A DNA stretch of 64,000 nt from positions 256,001 through 320,000 of the forward strand of contig CAVVEU010000033.1 in NCBI GenBank assembly GCA_963747235.1, written 5' to 3'. Shown in pieces: positions 19,157 through 29,442 of this stretch (the first letter of the stretch is position 1; every line of letters starts with the position of its first letter). A program made the translations under genes and the position numbers. Source of the stretch: an uncultured Candidatus Rokubacteria bacterium. Lineage in GTDB: Bacteria > Methylomirabilota > Methylomirabilia > Rokubacteriales > CSP1-6. Under the pieces are notes generated by a model. The model saw only the letters and a list, made by a program, of their open reading frames with translations, searched no databases and was not told the origin of the DNA.

Positions 19157-21792
19157 TTCTGGCGGGGCTCGATGCGCTCGAGGGCGGCGGCCATGTCGAT
19201 GCCGTCGCCCAGCACCGGCGTCAGCGGATCCGCCATCTTGTCGAAGCGCGACGGGCAGGGTCTTGAGCGTGAAGCGCGCCGGATCGAGGCGCGGCGTCAC
19301 CTCGCGCCACTCGAGCGGGCAGGAGGCGGGGGCGCCGGGCAGCGGCCGCAGCGAGTAGGGCGCGACGATGGTCTGGCCGTGGCCGTTCTGGCCGAAGTCG
19401 ATATAGACCTTGCCCCCGCGGATCGCGGAGCGGCCGGGCCACCGTCGAGATCTCGGGCTCGGCCTCCACGCCCATCACCGCGAGCAGCCGCGCGAAGGTC
19501 CGGCACTGCTCGTAGGTGTAGCGCGCGGCCAGCGGCAGCAGGATGTGCAGCCCGGTGGCGCCCGAGGTCTTCACGTAGCTCGGCAGCTCGAGCCGATCCA
19601 GGATGCGGCGCAGGGCGAGCGCGACGCGGACCACGTCGGTGAAGGGCGCGCCCTTGGGGTCGAGGTCGAGCACCAGCCAGTCCGGCCGCTCGAGCGACGG
19701 GACCCGCGACGCCCAGAGATGGATCGGGATCGCGCCGCTATTGGCCACGTAGCGCAGCATCTCGACGTCGTCCACGACCAGGTACGCGATGTCGCGCTCG
19801 GTGTCCCGCGAGTAGATGCGCTCGGTGCGCACCCAGGCCGGCGCGAAATCGGGCGCGTCCTTCTGGTAGAACGACTTGCCGGTGATCCCGTCGGGAAAGC
19901 GCGTGAGCACCAAGGGGCGGTCCCGGAGATACGGCAGCATCAGGGGCGCGACACGCTCGTAGTACGCGATCAGATCGCCCTTGGTGTAGCCCTCGGCGGG
20001 CCAGAATACCTTCTTGATGTTCGTTGGCTTGAGCCGGGGCTCTTCCTGCTCGAGCCCCCTCACCCTGCCCTCTCCCCCTCTCGGGGGAGAGGGAGCATCC
20101 GCTCTCACCCTCTCCCCTCGGCGGAGAGGGCAGGGTGAGGGGCGGCTCCTCCAGAGCTTCCTCCCGCCGGCACTCCAGCGGCTTCTTGTCGTCGCGCAGG
20201 CCGATGAACGTGGGGTGACGGAGGCCGCCGTCCTCGGTCCAGTCGGTGAAGCGCACCTCGGCGACGAGACGGGGCTCGACCCAGTGGTGGCCGCGGCCGG
20301 TCGGGATCGTGCCCGCGTCGAAGGGCGGGGTGGCGCGGGCGAGCGGGCGGAGCTTGTCCAGGATCGCCTCGAGCCTCGCGTCGTCGAAGCCGGTGCCGAC
20401 CTTGGAGACGTAGACGAGGCGCGGGGCGGAAGCGGGCCCTTCGTAGACGCCCAGATGCAGCGCGCCGAAGTGGCCGCGGGAGCCCTGGGGGTCCGTGTAG
20501 CCGCCGATCACGAACTCCTGGCGGCGCTGGCACTTGATCTTGATCCAGTCGCGCGTGCGCGCACCCGAATACACGCTCCGCGCCCGCTTGGCCACCATCC
20601 CCTCGAGGCGCTGCTCGGCGGCCAGCTCGAAGAAGGCCTTGCCCTCCTCCATGACGTGGTCGCCGTAGCGGACGGCGCCGAGCGACGGAACCAGCAGCCG
20701 CAGGCACTCCTTGCGGTCCACGAGCGGCAGCTTCCGCAGATCGCGATCGTCGAGCATCAGGCAGTCGAAGAACACGCCGATCGCGGGGCGCTGGACGGCC
20801 ATCCGCTCGATCTCGCGCAGATCGGTGAGCGCCATGCGCGGCTGCAGCCGCTGGAAGCTCGGACGCCCCGCGTCGTCGAGAGCCACGATCTCGCCGTCGA
20901 TGACGAAGGACTCCACGGGCAGCGCGCGCAGCGCGCGGACCACCTCCGGGTAGCGCGAGGTGGTGTCCTGACCGCTCCGACCGTACAGCTCGACGCGGTC
21001 CCCACGCCGCGAGGCGAGCACGCGCACGCCGTCGTACTTGATCTCGAAGAGCCAGGCCGGATCCGAGAACGGCTGCTCGGCGAGGGTGGCCAGCGTGAAG
21101 GGCTGGCGGCGCGCGGTCACCTCGCCGCGCGGCGCCTTCAACGCGTCGAGGCGCGCGCGGATCGTGGCGAGCCGCCCGGAGACGTTGGCCATCTCCTCGA
21201 CGGTGAGCCCGGAAAGCACCGACTGCGGGTAGCGCTCGGTCAGCTCGGCCGCGTCGGGCGGAATCGCGGCGCCGTCCGCCTTCTTCAGCAGCAGCCAGTC
21301 CTTGTCCTTGCCCGACATGCGGGCCAGCGTCCAGCGCCCGCGCATCTTGTGGCCGAAGATCTCCACCTCGAGCTTGCCGCGCGCGAGCTGCGTGAGCGGA
21401 TCCTCGGGCTTGGCGGACCGGTACCAGCCGCGGTCCCACACGATGACCGAGCCGGCGCCGTAGTTGCCGGGCGGGATCACGCCCTCGAAGTCGCCGTACT
21501 CGATGGGGTGGTCCTCGACGTGGACCGCGAGCCGCTTCTCCTCCGCGCGCAGGGACGGCCCCTTCGGCACCGCCCAGCTCTTCAGCACCCCGTCCATCTC
21601 GAGGCGCAGATCGTAGTGCAGCCGCCGCGCCGCGTGCTTCTGCACCACGAAGAGCCGGCCGCCGGTGGGCGGCCGCCCGCCGAAGGGCTCCGGCGTGCGC
21701 TCGGGGTCGCGCTTCTTGCGGTACGTGGTGAGCTCGGGCCCAATACGTCGCCCCTTCTTGCCGCGTGCACCACCATCCCGTGCGGTTGCCAT
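19129..21792 (-). CDS. ligD: NHEJ DNA ligase D (phosphoesterase-ligase-polymerase), frameshifts ~20100, ~19425, ~19250
   Basis: PE: VVQKHAARRLHYDLRLE..SWAVPKGP; LIG: EIKYDG, IDGEIV, EGMVAK, WIKIK; POL: TKGDLIAYY, RFPDG, DLDP, KTSG..GLH, KVYIDFGQN. Confidence 0.92.
20056..20142. repeat. Inverted pair of REP-like hairpins (copies 3+4) inside ligD
   Basis: 20056-20093 forward copy and 20108-20142 reverse copy. Confidence 0.85.
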
Positions 21793-21844
21793 CGGAGTCT
21801 TGGAGCATAACGGGGTGCGTGGTACTGTGCAAAGCCTCACGGCC

Positions 21845-22738
21845 ATGGCGCCTCATTCACTCGGATCCGGCACCATTTCCTTCGGGCTCGTCTCGATCCC
21901 GGTGAAGCTGTACACCGCCGCGTCGTCGGGCAGCGTGAGCTTCAACCTGCTGCACGCCAAGTGCGGCAGCCGGATCAAGCAGCAGACGTTCTGCCCGGTC
22001 GACAACGAGGTCGTCGAGCGCAGCGCGCTGGTCAAGGGCTACGAGTTCCAGAAGGACCAGTACGTGCGCTTCACCGACGAGGAGCTGAAGGCGCTGGAAG
22101 GCGAGTCCTCGAAGGTCATCGACATCGAGGAGTTCGTCCCCCTCTCCTCGGTGGACCCGATCTACTTCGAGAAGACGTACTACCTGGGGCCCGACAAGGG
22201 CGGCGAGAAGCCCTACCGCCTCCTCGCCGACGCGATGGCCAAGAGCGACAAGGTGGCGCTCGCCACCTTCGTCATGCGCGGCAAGGAGAGCCTCGTGCTC
22301 GTCCGCCCCGCGCAGGACGGGCTGATGCTGCACACGATGTACTTCGCCGACGAGGTGCGCGACTTCGGCGAGATCGAGAAGGGCAAGTCGGTGAAGCTCC
22401 GCGAGGGCGAGCTCGGCCTGGCCGAGCGGTTGATCGGCGAGCTCTCGCACGACCAGTTCAAGCCCGAGCAGTACCGGGACCAGTACCGCGAGCGGGTCCT
22501 CGACCTCGCGAACTCCAAGGTCGAGGGCAAGGAGATCACCGCGGTCGAGCCGGAAGCGCAGCGCGCCCAGGTCATCGATCTGATGGACGCGCTCAAGCAG
22601 AGCCTGGCCAAGCGGGCCGGCGCCGCGGCCGCGCAGCCCGCGGACAAGGCCGGCTCCCCGACCGCCAAGAAGCCCCCCGCGAAGGCGCCCCGCCGCGCCG
22701 CCGCACCGGACCGGAAGGCCCAGGGCGGCAGGAAGTAG
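21845..22738 (+). CDS. ku: NHEJ Ku protein
   Basis: GTISFGLVSIPVKLY, LVKGYE, DPIYFEKTYYL, VIDLMDALKQSL, basic tail. Confidence 0.95.
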   Translation: MAPHSLGSGTISFGLVSIPVKLYTAASSGSVSFNLLHAKCGSRIKQQTFCPVDNEVVERSALVKGYEFQKDQYVRFTDEELKALEGESSKVIDIEEFVPLSSVDPIYFEKTYYLGPDKGGEKPYRLLADAMAKSDKVALATFVMRGKESLVLVRPAQDGLMLHTMYFADEVRDFGEIEKGKSVKLREGELGLAERLIGELSHDQFKPEQYRDQYRERVLDLANSKVEGKEITAVEPEAQRAQVIDLMDALKQSLAKRAGAAAAQPADKAGSPTAKKPPAKAPRRAAAPDRKAQGGRK

Positions 22739-22855
22739 CGCGCCCCGCCGGACGGACCCGCCGCCTGCCGAAAAGTGGGCCGCGCGGGTGACGGGCGGCG
22801 TCAGGCTCCTGGGTTCAGCAGCTCGATTCCCCCGTTAATTCAGCTACTTCCGACC

Positions 22856-22871
22856 TGGCAACTGCATTGCA
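22856..22871 (+). promoter_or_regulatory. Putative sigma54 promoter
   Basis: TGGCAA-N5-TTGCA (GG-N10-GC). Confidence 0.6.
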
Positions 22872-22927
22872 CTGTCCTCGGTCATCGTAGCTCGCACTCC
22901 TACTTCCACATTCCCCGGGGGAGCAAG

Positions 22928-23194
22928 ATGATGAGGACGCTGATCGGCTGGACCGTGGGCGCCGCGTGCGCCACCTTGATCGTGAGCGGAGTCACCGCGT
23001 TGCCCGTGCAGGGTAACCAGGACGTGAAGCACGAGCGGAAGGACGTCGAGGCCTCGCGCCAGAAGCTTCGCGAGGCCTACAAGTCGGGTGACCCCGCCGC
23101 CATCAAGACGGCGCGCGAGAACTACCAGAAGGCCCGCAACGAGCCGTCGAAGGACAAGCGCGAGCGCCGCACCGGCGCTCCGGACCCGAAGTAG
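22928..23194 (+). CDS. Small secreted charged helical protein
   Basis: GGGGAG RBS; signal peptide; K/R/E-rich helix. Confidence 0.65.
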   Translation: MMRTLIGWTVGAACATLIVSGVTALPVQGNQDVKHERKDVEASRQKLREAYKSGDPAAIKTARENYQKARNEPSKDKRERRTGAPDPK

Positions 23195-23215
23195 CCCCGA
23201 CCGGAACCGGCCGGT

Positions 23216-24616
23216 CTAGACGTCGGCGGGGTGCCGCCGATGCCACTCGGTGGCCGCCTGGTAGGCGCGGGCGGCGGCCAGGATCGTGTTCTCCTCCCAG
23301 GCGCGCCCCATGAATTGCAGGCTCGTCGGTAGCCCGCGCGCGCCGAAGCCGTTCGGCACCGCCACCGCGGGCAGCCCCGCGCCGTTGCCGACCGCGCCCA
23401 TCACGTCCCGCGCGGTCCCCCGGATCGCGCTGCGCACCTCGCCCCCCAGCATCGCGGCCACCGTGGAGCGCCCGGGCGCCACCAGCGCGTCCAGCGAGGC
23501 CAGCACCCGATCGGCCTCGCGCGCCATCACGCCCCGCAGCCGCAGCGCCTTCAGGTAGTCCTTGGCGAGGATCGCGTCGCGCGCGTAGGCGGTGTAGCGG
23601 TCCTCCGGCGCGGTGAGCCCCGCGATGGCGCCGCTCTCGATCAGGTCCTCGAACGCGCTCGCCGCCTCGGCGAACAGGATGGTGCGCGTGATGTCGTCGT
23701 ACGGAAGATCCGGCAGCGCGACCTCCTCGACGGTGCCGAGCCCGCGCAGCACCTCGAGCGAACCCGCGAAGTTCTCCTTCACCGCGTCCTCGCAGCCGTC
23801 GGTGATGCCGCGCAGCACGCCGAAGCGGAAGCGCCGGCCGGCCGGATCGCCCGCGGCGTAGCGGTAGGGCCGGTCCACCGTGGTCGGATCGGCGGGGTCG
23901 CGCCCCGCGATGGCCTCGAGCACCAGGCCGCAGTCGTCCGCGGTGAGGGCGAGCGGGCCCAGCTTGTCGAGCGTCCAGCAGAGGGCCATCGCGCCGTGGC
24001 GGCTCACCCGCCCGTAGGTCGGCCGCAGGCCCGCGAGGCCGCAGTTGCCGGCGGGCGAGAGGATCGAGCCCCACGTCTCCGAGCCGATGGCGAACGGGAC
24101 GAGCCCCGCCGCGACCGCGGAGCCCGAGCCGCTCGACGACCCGCCGCTCCACGCCTCCCGGTTCCACGGATTCACGCCGGGCCCGGTGAACGCGGCATTG
24201 GGCTGGCGGTAGCCCATGCCGCCCGCCAGCTCCACCATCGCGAGCTTCGCGCAGAGCACCGCGCCCGCGGCCTCCAGCTTGAGGATGGCCGTCGCGTCGA
24301 AGTCGAAGCAGCGGTCCTTGAAGGGCGCGGCGCCCCACGTGGTCGGGATGCCGCCGGAGGTCGCGAGCAGATCCTTGGCGCCGTACGGGATGCCGTGCAG
24401 CGGGCCCCGGTAGCGCCCCGCCGCGATCTCCGCCTCGGCGCGCCGCGCCTGCTCGAGCGCGCGGGCGCGGGTGACCGTGACCACCGCGTTGTAGCGCGGG
24501 CCGAGACGCTCGAGCCGGTCGAGAAAGGTCTCGGCCAGCGCGACCGGGGAGAGGCGGCGGGTGCGGACGCCCTCCGCGAGCTGCCGCACCGGGGTGAAGA
24601 CCACGTCCTCGGCCAT
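23216..24616 (-). CDS. Amidase signature family protein (GatA-like)
   Basis: GIPYGAKD, GGSSSGS, GSETWGSI. Confidence 0.92.
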   Translation of the reverse strand: MAEDVVFTPVRQLAEGVRTRRLSPVALAETFLDRLERLGPRYNAVVTVTRARALEQARRAEAEIAAGRYRGPLHGIPYGAKDLLATSGGIPTTWGAAPFKDRCFDFDATAILKLEAAGAVLCAKLAMVELAGGMGYRQPNAAFTGPGVNPWNREAWSGGSSSGSGSAVAAGLVPFAIGSETWGSILSPAGNCGLAGLRPTYGRVSRHGAMALCWTLDKLGPLALTADDCGLVLEAIAGRDPADPTTVDRPYRYAAGDPAGRRFRFGVLRGITDGCEDAVKENFAGSLEVLRGLGTVEEVALPDLPYDDITRTILFAEAASAFEDLIESGAIAGLTAPEDRYTAYARDAILAKDYLKALRLRGVMAREADRVLASLDALVAPGRSTVAAMLGGEVRSAIRGTARDVMGAVGNGAGLPAVAVPNGFGARGLPTSLQFMGRAWEENTILAAARAYQAATEWHRRHPADV

Positions 24617-24828
24617 CACGGCTCCGCGCGATAGGCCGCGAAGGGCTGGGCGGGCTCGTCGGCGTTGGTGAGGCGCACCGCGCGGAGGGCGCGCGCGGCC
24701 TGCACGATCGCCTCGATCGAGGTGCGCACGCCCGCGAGCTGCTCGGCGTCCAGCCGGCTGCCGTACCGCTCGCGCACGAGCGCGAGCATGGTCTCCACTT
24801 CCGCGCGCACCACGTCGACGTCGCTCAT
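24616..24828 (-). CDS. Small GatC/AtzG-like amidase partner
   Basis: 70 aa ending L.NADEP..F, coupled to the amidase. Confidence 0.6.
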   Translation of the reverse strand: MSDVDVVRAEVETMLALVRERYGSRLDAEQLAGVRTSIEAIVQAARALRAVRLTNADEPAQPFAAYRAEP

Positions 24829-24840
24829 GCCGCCCGCATT

Positions 24841-25731
24841 CTAGCGGAGGCGCGGATCGAGCGCATCGCGGAGTCCGTCGCCCAGCAGGTTGAACCCGAG
24901 CACGGCCAGGAAGATGGCGAGTCCCGGCAGCGCGGCCACGTGCGGCGCCACGTTCATGTACTGCCGGCTGCTGGAGAGCATGCTGCCCCAGTCGGAGGTC
25001 GGCGGCTGGACGCCCAGGCCCAGGAAGGACAGCCCGGCCAGCGCGGTGATCATGCCGCCCACGTTGAGCGTGACCGCCACCACGATCGGGGCGAGGCAGT
25101 TGCGGAGCACGTGCGAGAGCGAGAGCCGCAGCTCGGAGAGGCCGAGGGCGCGCGCCGCCTCCACGTACTCGGTCTGCTTCACGGCCAGCACGGTGGCGCG
25201 CACGATGCGGCCGTAGAACGGGATGTTCACGATCGCGACCGCGACCATCCCGTTGACGAGGCCGGGGCCGAGCGTGGCGATGATCGCGATGGCGAGCAGG
25301 AAGTACGGGAAGGCCATCAGGGTGTCGATCGAGCGCATCACGACCTGGTCCACCCACCGGCCGACGAAGCCCGCGAGCAGCCCAAGCCCCGAGCCGGCCA
25401 CCGCGGCCAGCACGGTGGCGGCGAGGCCGACCACCAGGGACGTGCGCGCGCCGTAGAGCAGCCGGCTCAGGAGATCGCGGCCGAACTCGTCGGTGCCGAG
25501 CAGGTGCCCGGCGGTGAAGGGCCGGGCGAGCCGGCGCGCGGTGTCGATGGTGTCCGGATTGTGCGGCGCGAGCAGCGGAGCCAGCACCGCGGCGGCCCCG
25601 AGGGCTATCACCAGGACCAGGCCGAACACCGCGCTGCCGCTCTTGCGGAACATCCGCGCAACCTCGGCCAGGCCGGAGCGGCCCGCGGGCGCGAGGGCCA
25701 CCGCGCCGCGGCTCGTGGCCACGCTACTCAT
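24841..25731 (-). CDS. Peptide/nickel ABC permease (DppC-like)
   Basis: LGTDEFGRDLLSR, EYVEAARALG, GDGLRDALDP. Confidence 0.92.
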   Translation of the reverse strand: MSSVATSRGAVALAPAGRSGLAEVARMFRKSGSAVFGLVLVIALGAAAVLAPLLAPHNPDTIDTARRLARPFTAGHLLGTDEFGRDLLSRLLYGARTSLVVGLAATVLAAVAGSGLGLLAGFVGRWVDQVVMRSIDTLMAFPYFLLAIAIIATLGPGLVNGMVAVAIVNIPFYGRIVRATVLAVKQTEYVEAARALGLSELRLSLSHVLRNCLAPIVVAVTLNVGGMITALAGLSFLGLGVQPPTSDWGSMLSSSRQYMNVAPHVAALPGLAIFLAVLGFNLLGDGLRDALDPRLR

Positions 25732-26695
25732 AGCGGATGCGCGGGTCGAACACCGCGTAGAGCAGGTCCACGATCAGGTTCACCACCACGAAGGTGGTGG
25801 CGATCAGCAGCACGCCGCCCTGCACCAGCGGATAGTCGCGGGCCTGGATGGCGCGCACCATCATGGAGCCGAGCCCGGGCCACGAGAACACGGTCTCGGT
25901 CAGGATGGCGCCGCCGAGCAGATAGCCCACCTGCACGCCGATCACGGTGAGGATCGGGTTGAGCGCGTTCTTGAGCACGTGCCGCGCGATGACCGCCCGC
26001 TCCGCGAGGCCCTTGGCCCGCGCCGCGCGGACGTAGTCCTGGCGGATGATCTCGAGCACGCTCGAGCGGGTGAGGCGCGCCACCGCCGCCGCGGAGGCGG
26101 TGCCGAGGGTGATCGCGGGCAGCACGAGGTGCCAGAGCATGTCGGTGAAGCCGCCGCCGTAGGGCGAGAACATTCCTGCCGACGGAAACCACCGGAGCGA
26201 CAGGGCGAACACCAGGATCAGCATGATGCCGGTCCAGAAGACGGGCAGGCTCACGCCGGTCACCGCCACCGCCATGCTGAGCTTGTCGAGCCAGGAGTAC
26301 TGCCGGGTGGCCGAGACGATGCCCGCGGTCAGCCCGAGCGTCACCGCGATGGCGAGCGCGCCCGCGGTCAGGATCACGGTGGCCTTGAAGCGCAGCAGCA
26401 CCTCGGGCAGCACCTCGCGCCCGAGCGGGATGGAGCGGCCGAGATCGCCCTGGACCACGCGGCCCATCCACTGGAGGTACTGCAGCGCCACCGGCCGGTC
26501 CAGCCCGAGGTCGCGGCGCAGGCGCTCCACGTCTTCCTTCGTGGCCTGCGCGCCCAGCATGATGGCGGCCGGATCGCCCGGGGCCAGGCGCATCACCCCG
26601 AACACGAGCAGCGAGACCCCGACCAGGACGGGCAGCGCCAGCAGGACGCGGCGGACGACGTAGCCCTGGAGGCCCGCCCCTCCTACTGCAGCCAC
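25724..26695 (-). CDS. Peptide/nickel ABC permease (DppB-like)
   Basis: PGDPA, GDLGRS, DYVRAARAKGL, ETVFSWPGLG, DPRIR. Confidence 0.92.
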   Translation of the reverse strand: MAAVGGAGLQGYVVRRVLLALPVLVGVSLLVFGVMRLAPGDPAAIMLGAQATKEDVERLRRDLGLDRPVALQYLQWMGRVVQGDLGRSIPLGREVLPEVLLRFKATVILTAGALAIAVTLGLTAGIVSATRQYSWLDKLSMAVAVTGVSLPVFWTGIMLILVFALSLRWFPSAGMFSPYGGGFTDMLWHLVLPAITLGTASAAAVARLTRSSVLEIIRQDYVRAARAKGLAERAVIARHVLKNALNPILTVIGVQVGYLLGGAILTETVFSWPGLGSMMVRAIQARDYPLVQGGVLLIATTFVVVNLIVDLLYAVFDPRIRYE

Positions 26696-28239
26696 ACCTG
26701 CGTCAGCACCAGGTCGAAGTTCGGGTGGAGCTTGAACCCCTGCACGCGCTTGCGGTAGACGATGACCTGCTTGCCGTGGTCCACGAAGATCCACGGCGCG
26801 TCCTCCACCACCAGGCGCTGCGCCTCACGGTAGAGCGGGATGCGCTCCTTCTCCTCGATGGTGGTGCGGCCCTTCCGCAGCAGCTCGTCCACGCGCGGGT
26901 TCTGGTAGAAGCCCGCGTTGAACGCGGGCGGGAACCGGTCGGAGGACAGCAGCATGTACATCATGTGGTCGGGATCGCCGATGGACGGGTTCCAGGACAT
27001 CTCGGCCATGTCGGGCGCGTCGAGATATTTCTTGAGATAGGCGCCCCACTCCATGGTCTGGATCTTGGCGCGCACGCCCACCGCGGCCAGGTTCGCCTGG
27101 ATCACGGTGCCCATCTCGACGGGCGACTGCATGCCGGAGCCGGACTCGGGCACGTAGAAGGTCACGTCGAAGCCGCCGGCGAAGCCCGCTTCCTTCAGGA
27201 GCGCCTTGGCCTTCTCGGGATCGTAGGGATACCGGACGGTCTTGTCCTCGTGATACGGCCCGTACACCGGCGAGAGCGGCGTGGTCGCCACGATCGCGGT
27301 GCCCTTCAGGATGTCGCGGATGATCGCGTCCTTCTGCACCGCGTAGTTGAGGGCCTGGCGCACCCGCTTGTCCTTCAGCGCGGGGTGCCGGGTGTTGAGC
27401 GCCACGTACCAGACCGCGGAGGAGTTGGTCTCCGCCACCACCACGTCCGGGTCCTTGCGGAGATCGGCCAGGCTGTCCGGCGGCACGTCCATGGTCAGGT
27501 CGATCTCGCCGGTCTTGATCGCGGACAGCCGCGCCTGCGCCTCGATGATCGGCACGTAGATGGCCTGGCGGACCTTGGGCGCCCCGCCCCAGTACTGGTC
27601 GTTGCGCGCGAGCACCACGCGCACGCCCGGCTCCCACGTCTCGAGCTTGAAGGGTCCGGTGCCCACCGGGTGCTTCACGATGTCCTTGCCCCACTTCTTG
27701 AGCGCGTCCGGGCTGTAGATGTAGAGCGAGTGGTGCGCCAGGTACTGGAGGAACGGGGTCAGCGGCGCCTTGAGCCGGATCTGCACCGTGGTCGGGTTCA
27801 CCACCTCGACGCCCGCGACGTTGCCGAGAAAGCCCTTCACGTAGGGGTAGGTCCCGGTCGCGTAGAACGGCCCCTGGTCGTTGAGCTGCCGATCGAAGCA
27901 GAACTTCACGGCCTCGGCGGTGAGCGGGGTGCCGTCGTGGAACTTCACGTTCGGCCGCAGGTGGAAGGTGTAGGTGAGCCCGTCCTTGGAGATGTCCCAC
28001 GACTGGGCCAGCCCGGGAATGATCTTGTAGGTGCCGAGCTCCTGCGCGGTGAGCCCCTCGAACATGCGCTTGATGACGCGCGTGGAATTCAGATCGGTGA
28101 TCTGGGGCGGATCCATGGTGACGGGCTCGGCGAGCAGCCCGATCACCATCGCGTCCTTCGGCGGCGCGGCCGTCGCGGTGGACACGGCAACCATGGCCAG
28201 CAGCACCAACCCGATTCCCCACGCGCGGCGCTTCGACAT
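26683..28239 (-). CDS. ABC substrate-binding protein family 5
   Basis: Signal peptide; LAQSWDIS.DG.TYTFHLR.VKFHDG, PVGTGPF. Confidence 0.93.
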   Translation of the reverse strand: MSKRRAWGIGLVLLAMVAVSTATAAPPKDAMVIGLLAEPVTMDPPQITDLNSTRVIKRMFEGLTAQELGTYKIIPGLAQSWDISKDGLTYTFHLRPNVKFHDGTPLTAEAVKFCFDRQLNDQGPFYATGTYPYVKGFLGNVAGVEVVNPTTVQIRLKAPLTPFLQYLAHHSLYIYSPDALKKWGKDIVKHPVGTGPFKLETWEPGVRVVLARNDQYWGGAPKVRQAIYVPIIEAQARLSAIKTGEIDLTMDVPPDSLADLRKDPDVVVAETNSSAVWYVALNTRHPALKDKRVRQALNYAVQKDAIIRDILKGTAIVATTPLSPVYGPYHEDKTVRYPYDPEKAKALLKEAGFAGGFDVTFYVPESGSGMQSPVEMGTVIQANLAAVGVRAKIQTMEWGAYLKKYLDAPDMAEMSWNPSIGDPDHMMYMLLSSDRFPPAFNAGFYQNPRVDELLRKGRTTIEEKERIPLYREAQRLVVEDAPWIFVDHGKQVIVYRKRVQGFKLHPNFDLVLTQVWLQ

Positions 28240-28364
28240 GCGATCCTCCCTCGGAAGTGGTCCCGCCAAGTGCCCCGCATAGTGCCCCAAGGGGCGCGGC
28301 TTGGCAACGGCCTCGCGCGGGGCTAAGATCGCGGGGTCTCTCACCGAACCAGGAGGAACTCGAG

Positions 28365-29421
28365 ATGGCCAAGCGGATGCTCTTCATCGGCGCGGGTGCG
28401 ATCGGCAGCTACCTGGGCGCGTTCCTCGCGCGGGCCGGCCACGAGGTCACCCTGGTGGATCCGTGGCCCGAGCAGGTCGAGACTTTGAAGCGTCAAGGTA
28501 TCGCGGTCAGCGGCCCGCACGATCCCTTCGAGGCCAAGCCGGTCGCGATCCACGTGCACGAGCTGCAGCGCCTCGGCGTCCGACTTCGACATCGGGTTCA
28601 TCGCGATGAAGGCGTACGACACCGCGTGGGCCACCTGGATGGCGCTGCCCCATCTCAAGCCCGAGGGCTACCTGGTCTCCGCCCAGAACTGCTGGAACGA
28701 TCCGATCCTGGCGGGCATCGCGGGCGCGGAGCGCTCGGTCGGCCTCATCATGTCGAAGATCGGCGTCGCCCTCTGGAAGCCGGGCCAGGTGGAGCGCGGG
28801 ATGGAGAAGGGTCAGGGCGCCGGCCACGATGTCTTCCGCGCGGGCGAGCACGACGGGCGCATCACCGAGCGGGTCACCGAGCTGGCCGACATCATGAGCG
28901 TGGTGGACGGCGCGCGGCCCACCGACAACCTGTGGGGCGAGCGCTGGTCCAAGCTCTGCGCGAACTGCATGGGCAACCCGGTGCAGGCCATGACCGGCCT
29001 CGGCTCGGTCGAGATCGCCGAGCAGGCGCGCGGGCGCGAGATCACGATCCGCATCGCGCAGGAGTCCGCCGCGGTGGGGCTCAAGCTCGGCTACCGCATC
29101 CCCAAGTTCAACGGCCGCGAGGCCGAGCAGTGGGCGCAGGCCGGCCGCCCCGACGTGTACGGAGAGCTCGACGCCGCGCTCACCCCCAAGGAGGGCGGCT
29201 CCGCCCGCAACTGGCGCGCCTCGATGGCCCAGGACGCGATCAAGGGCCGCCGCAGCGAGATCGACTACATGAACGGGCTCGTGGTGGACAAGGGCCGCGA
29301 GGTCGGCGTGCCCACGCCGGTGTCGAGCGCGGTGGTCGCCCTGATGCGCGAGGTGGACGCGGGGACGCGGAAGCCGTCGCCGGAGCACATCGAGCTCGCG
29401 CTCAAGCGCGCCGGGAGCTGA
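28365..29421 (+). CDS. Ketopantoate reductase (PanE/ApbA) family protein (frameshift ~28580)
   Basis: IGAGAIG, KAYD, QN, WSKL..N, SMAQD..GRRSEIDYMNG. Confidence 0.85.
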
Positions 29422-29442
29422 CCCGGCGCGGGACTAGCCGGA

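Noticed and set aside
28302-28317. TGGCAA-N5-TCGC possible sigma54 site
   Set aside because: Weak -12 box in very GC-rich DNA; a chance match is likely
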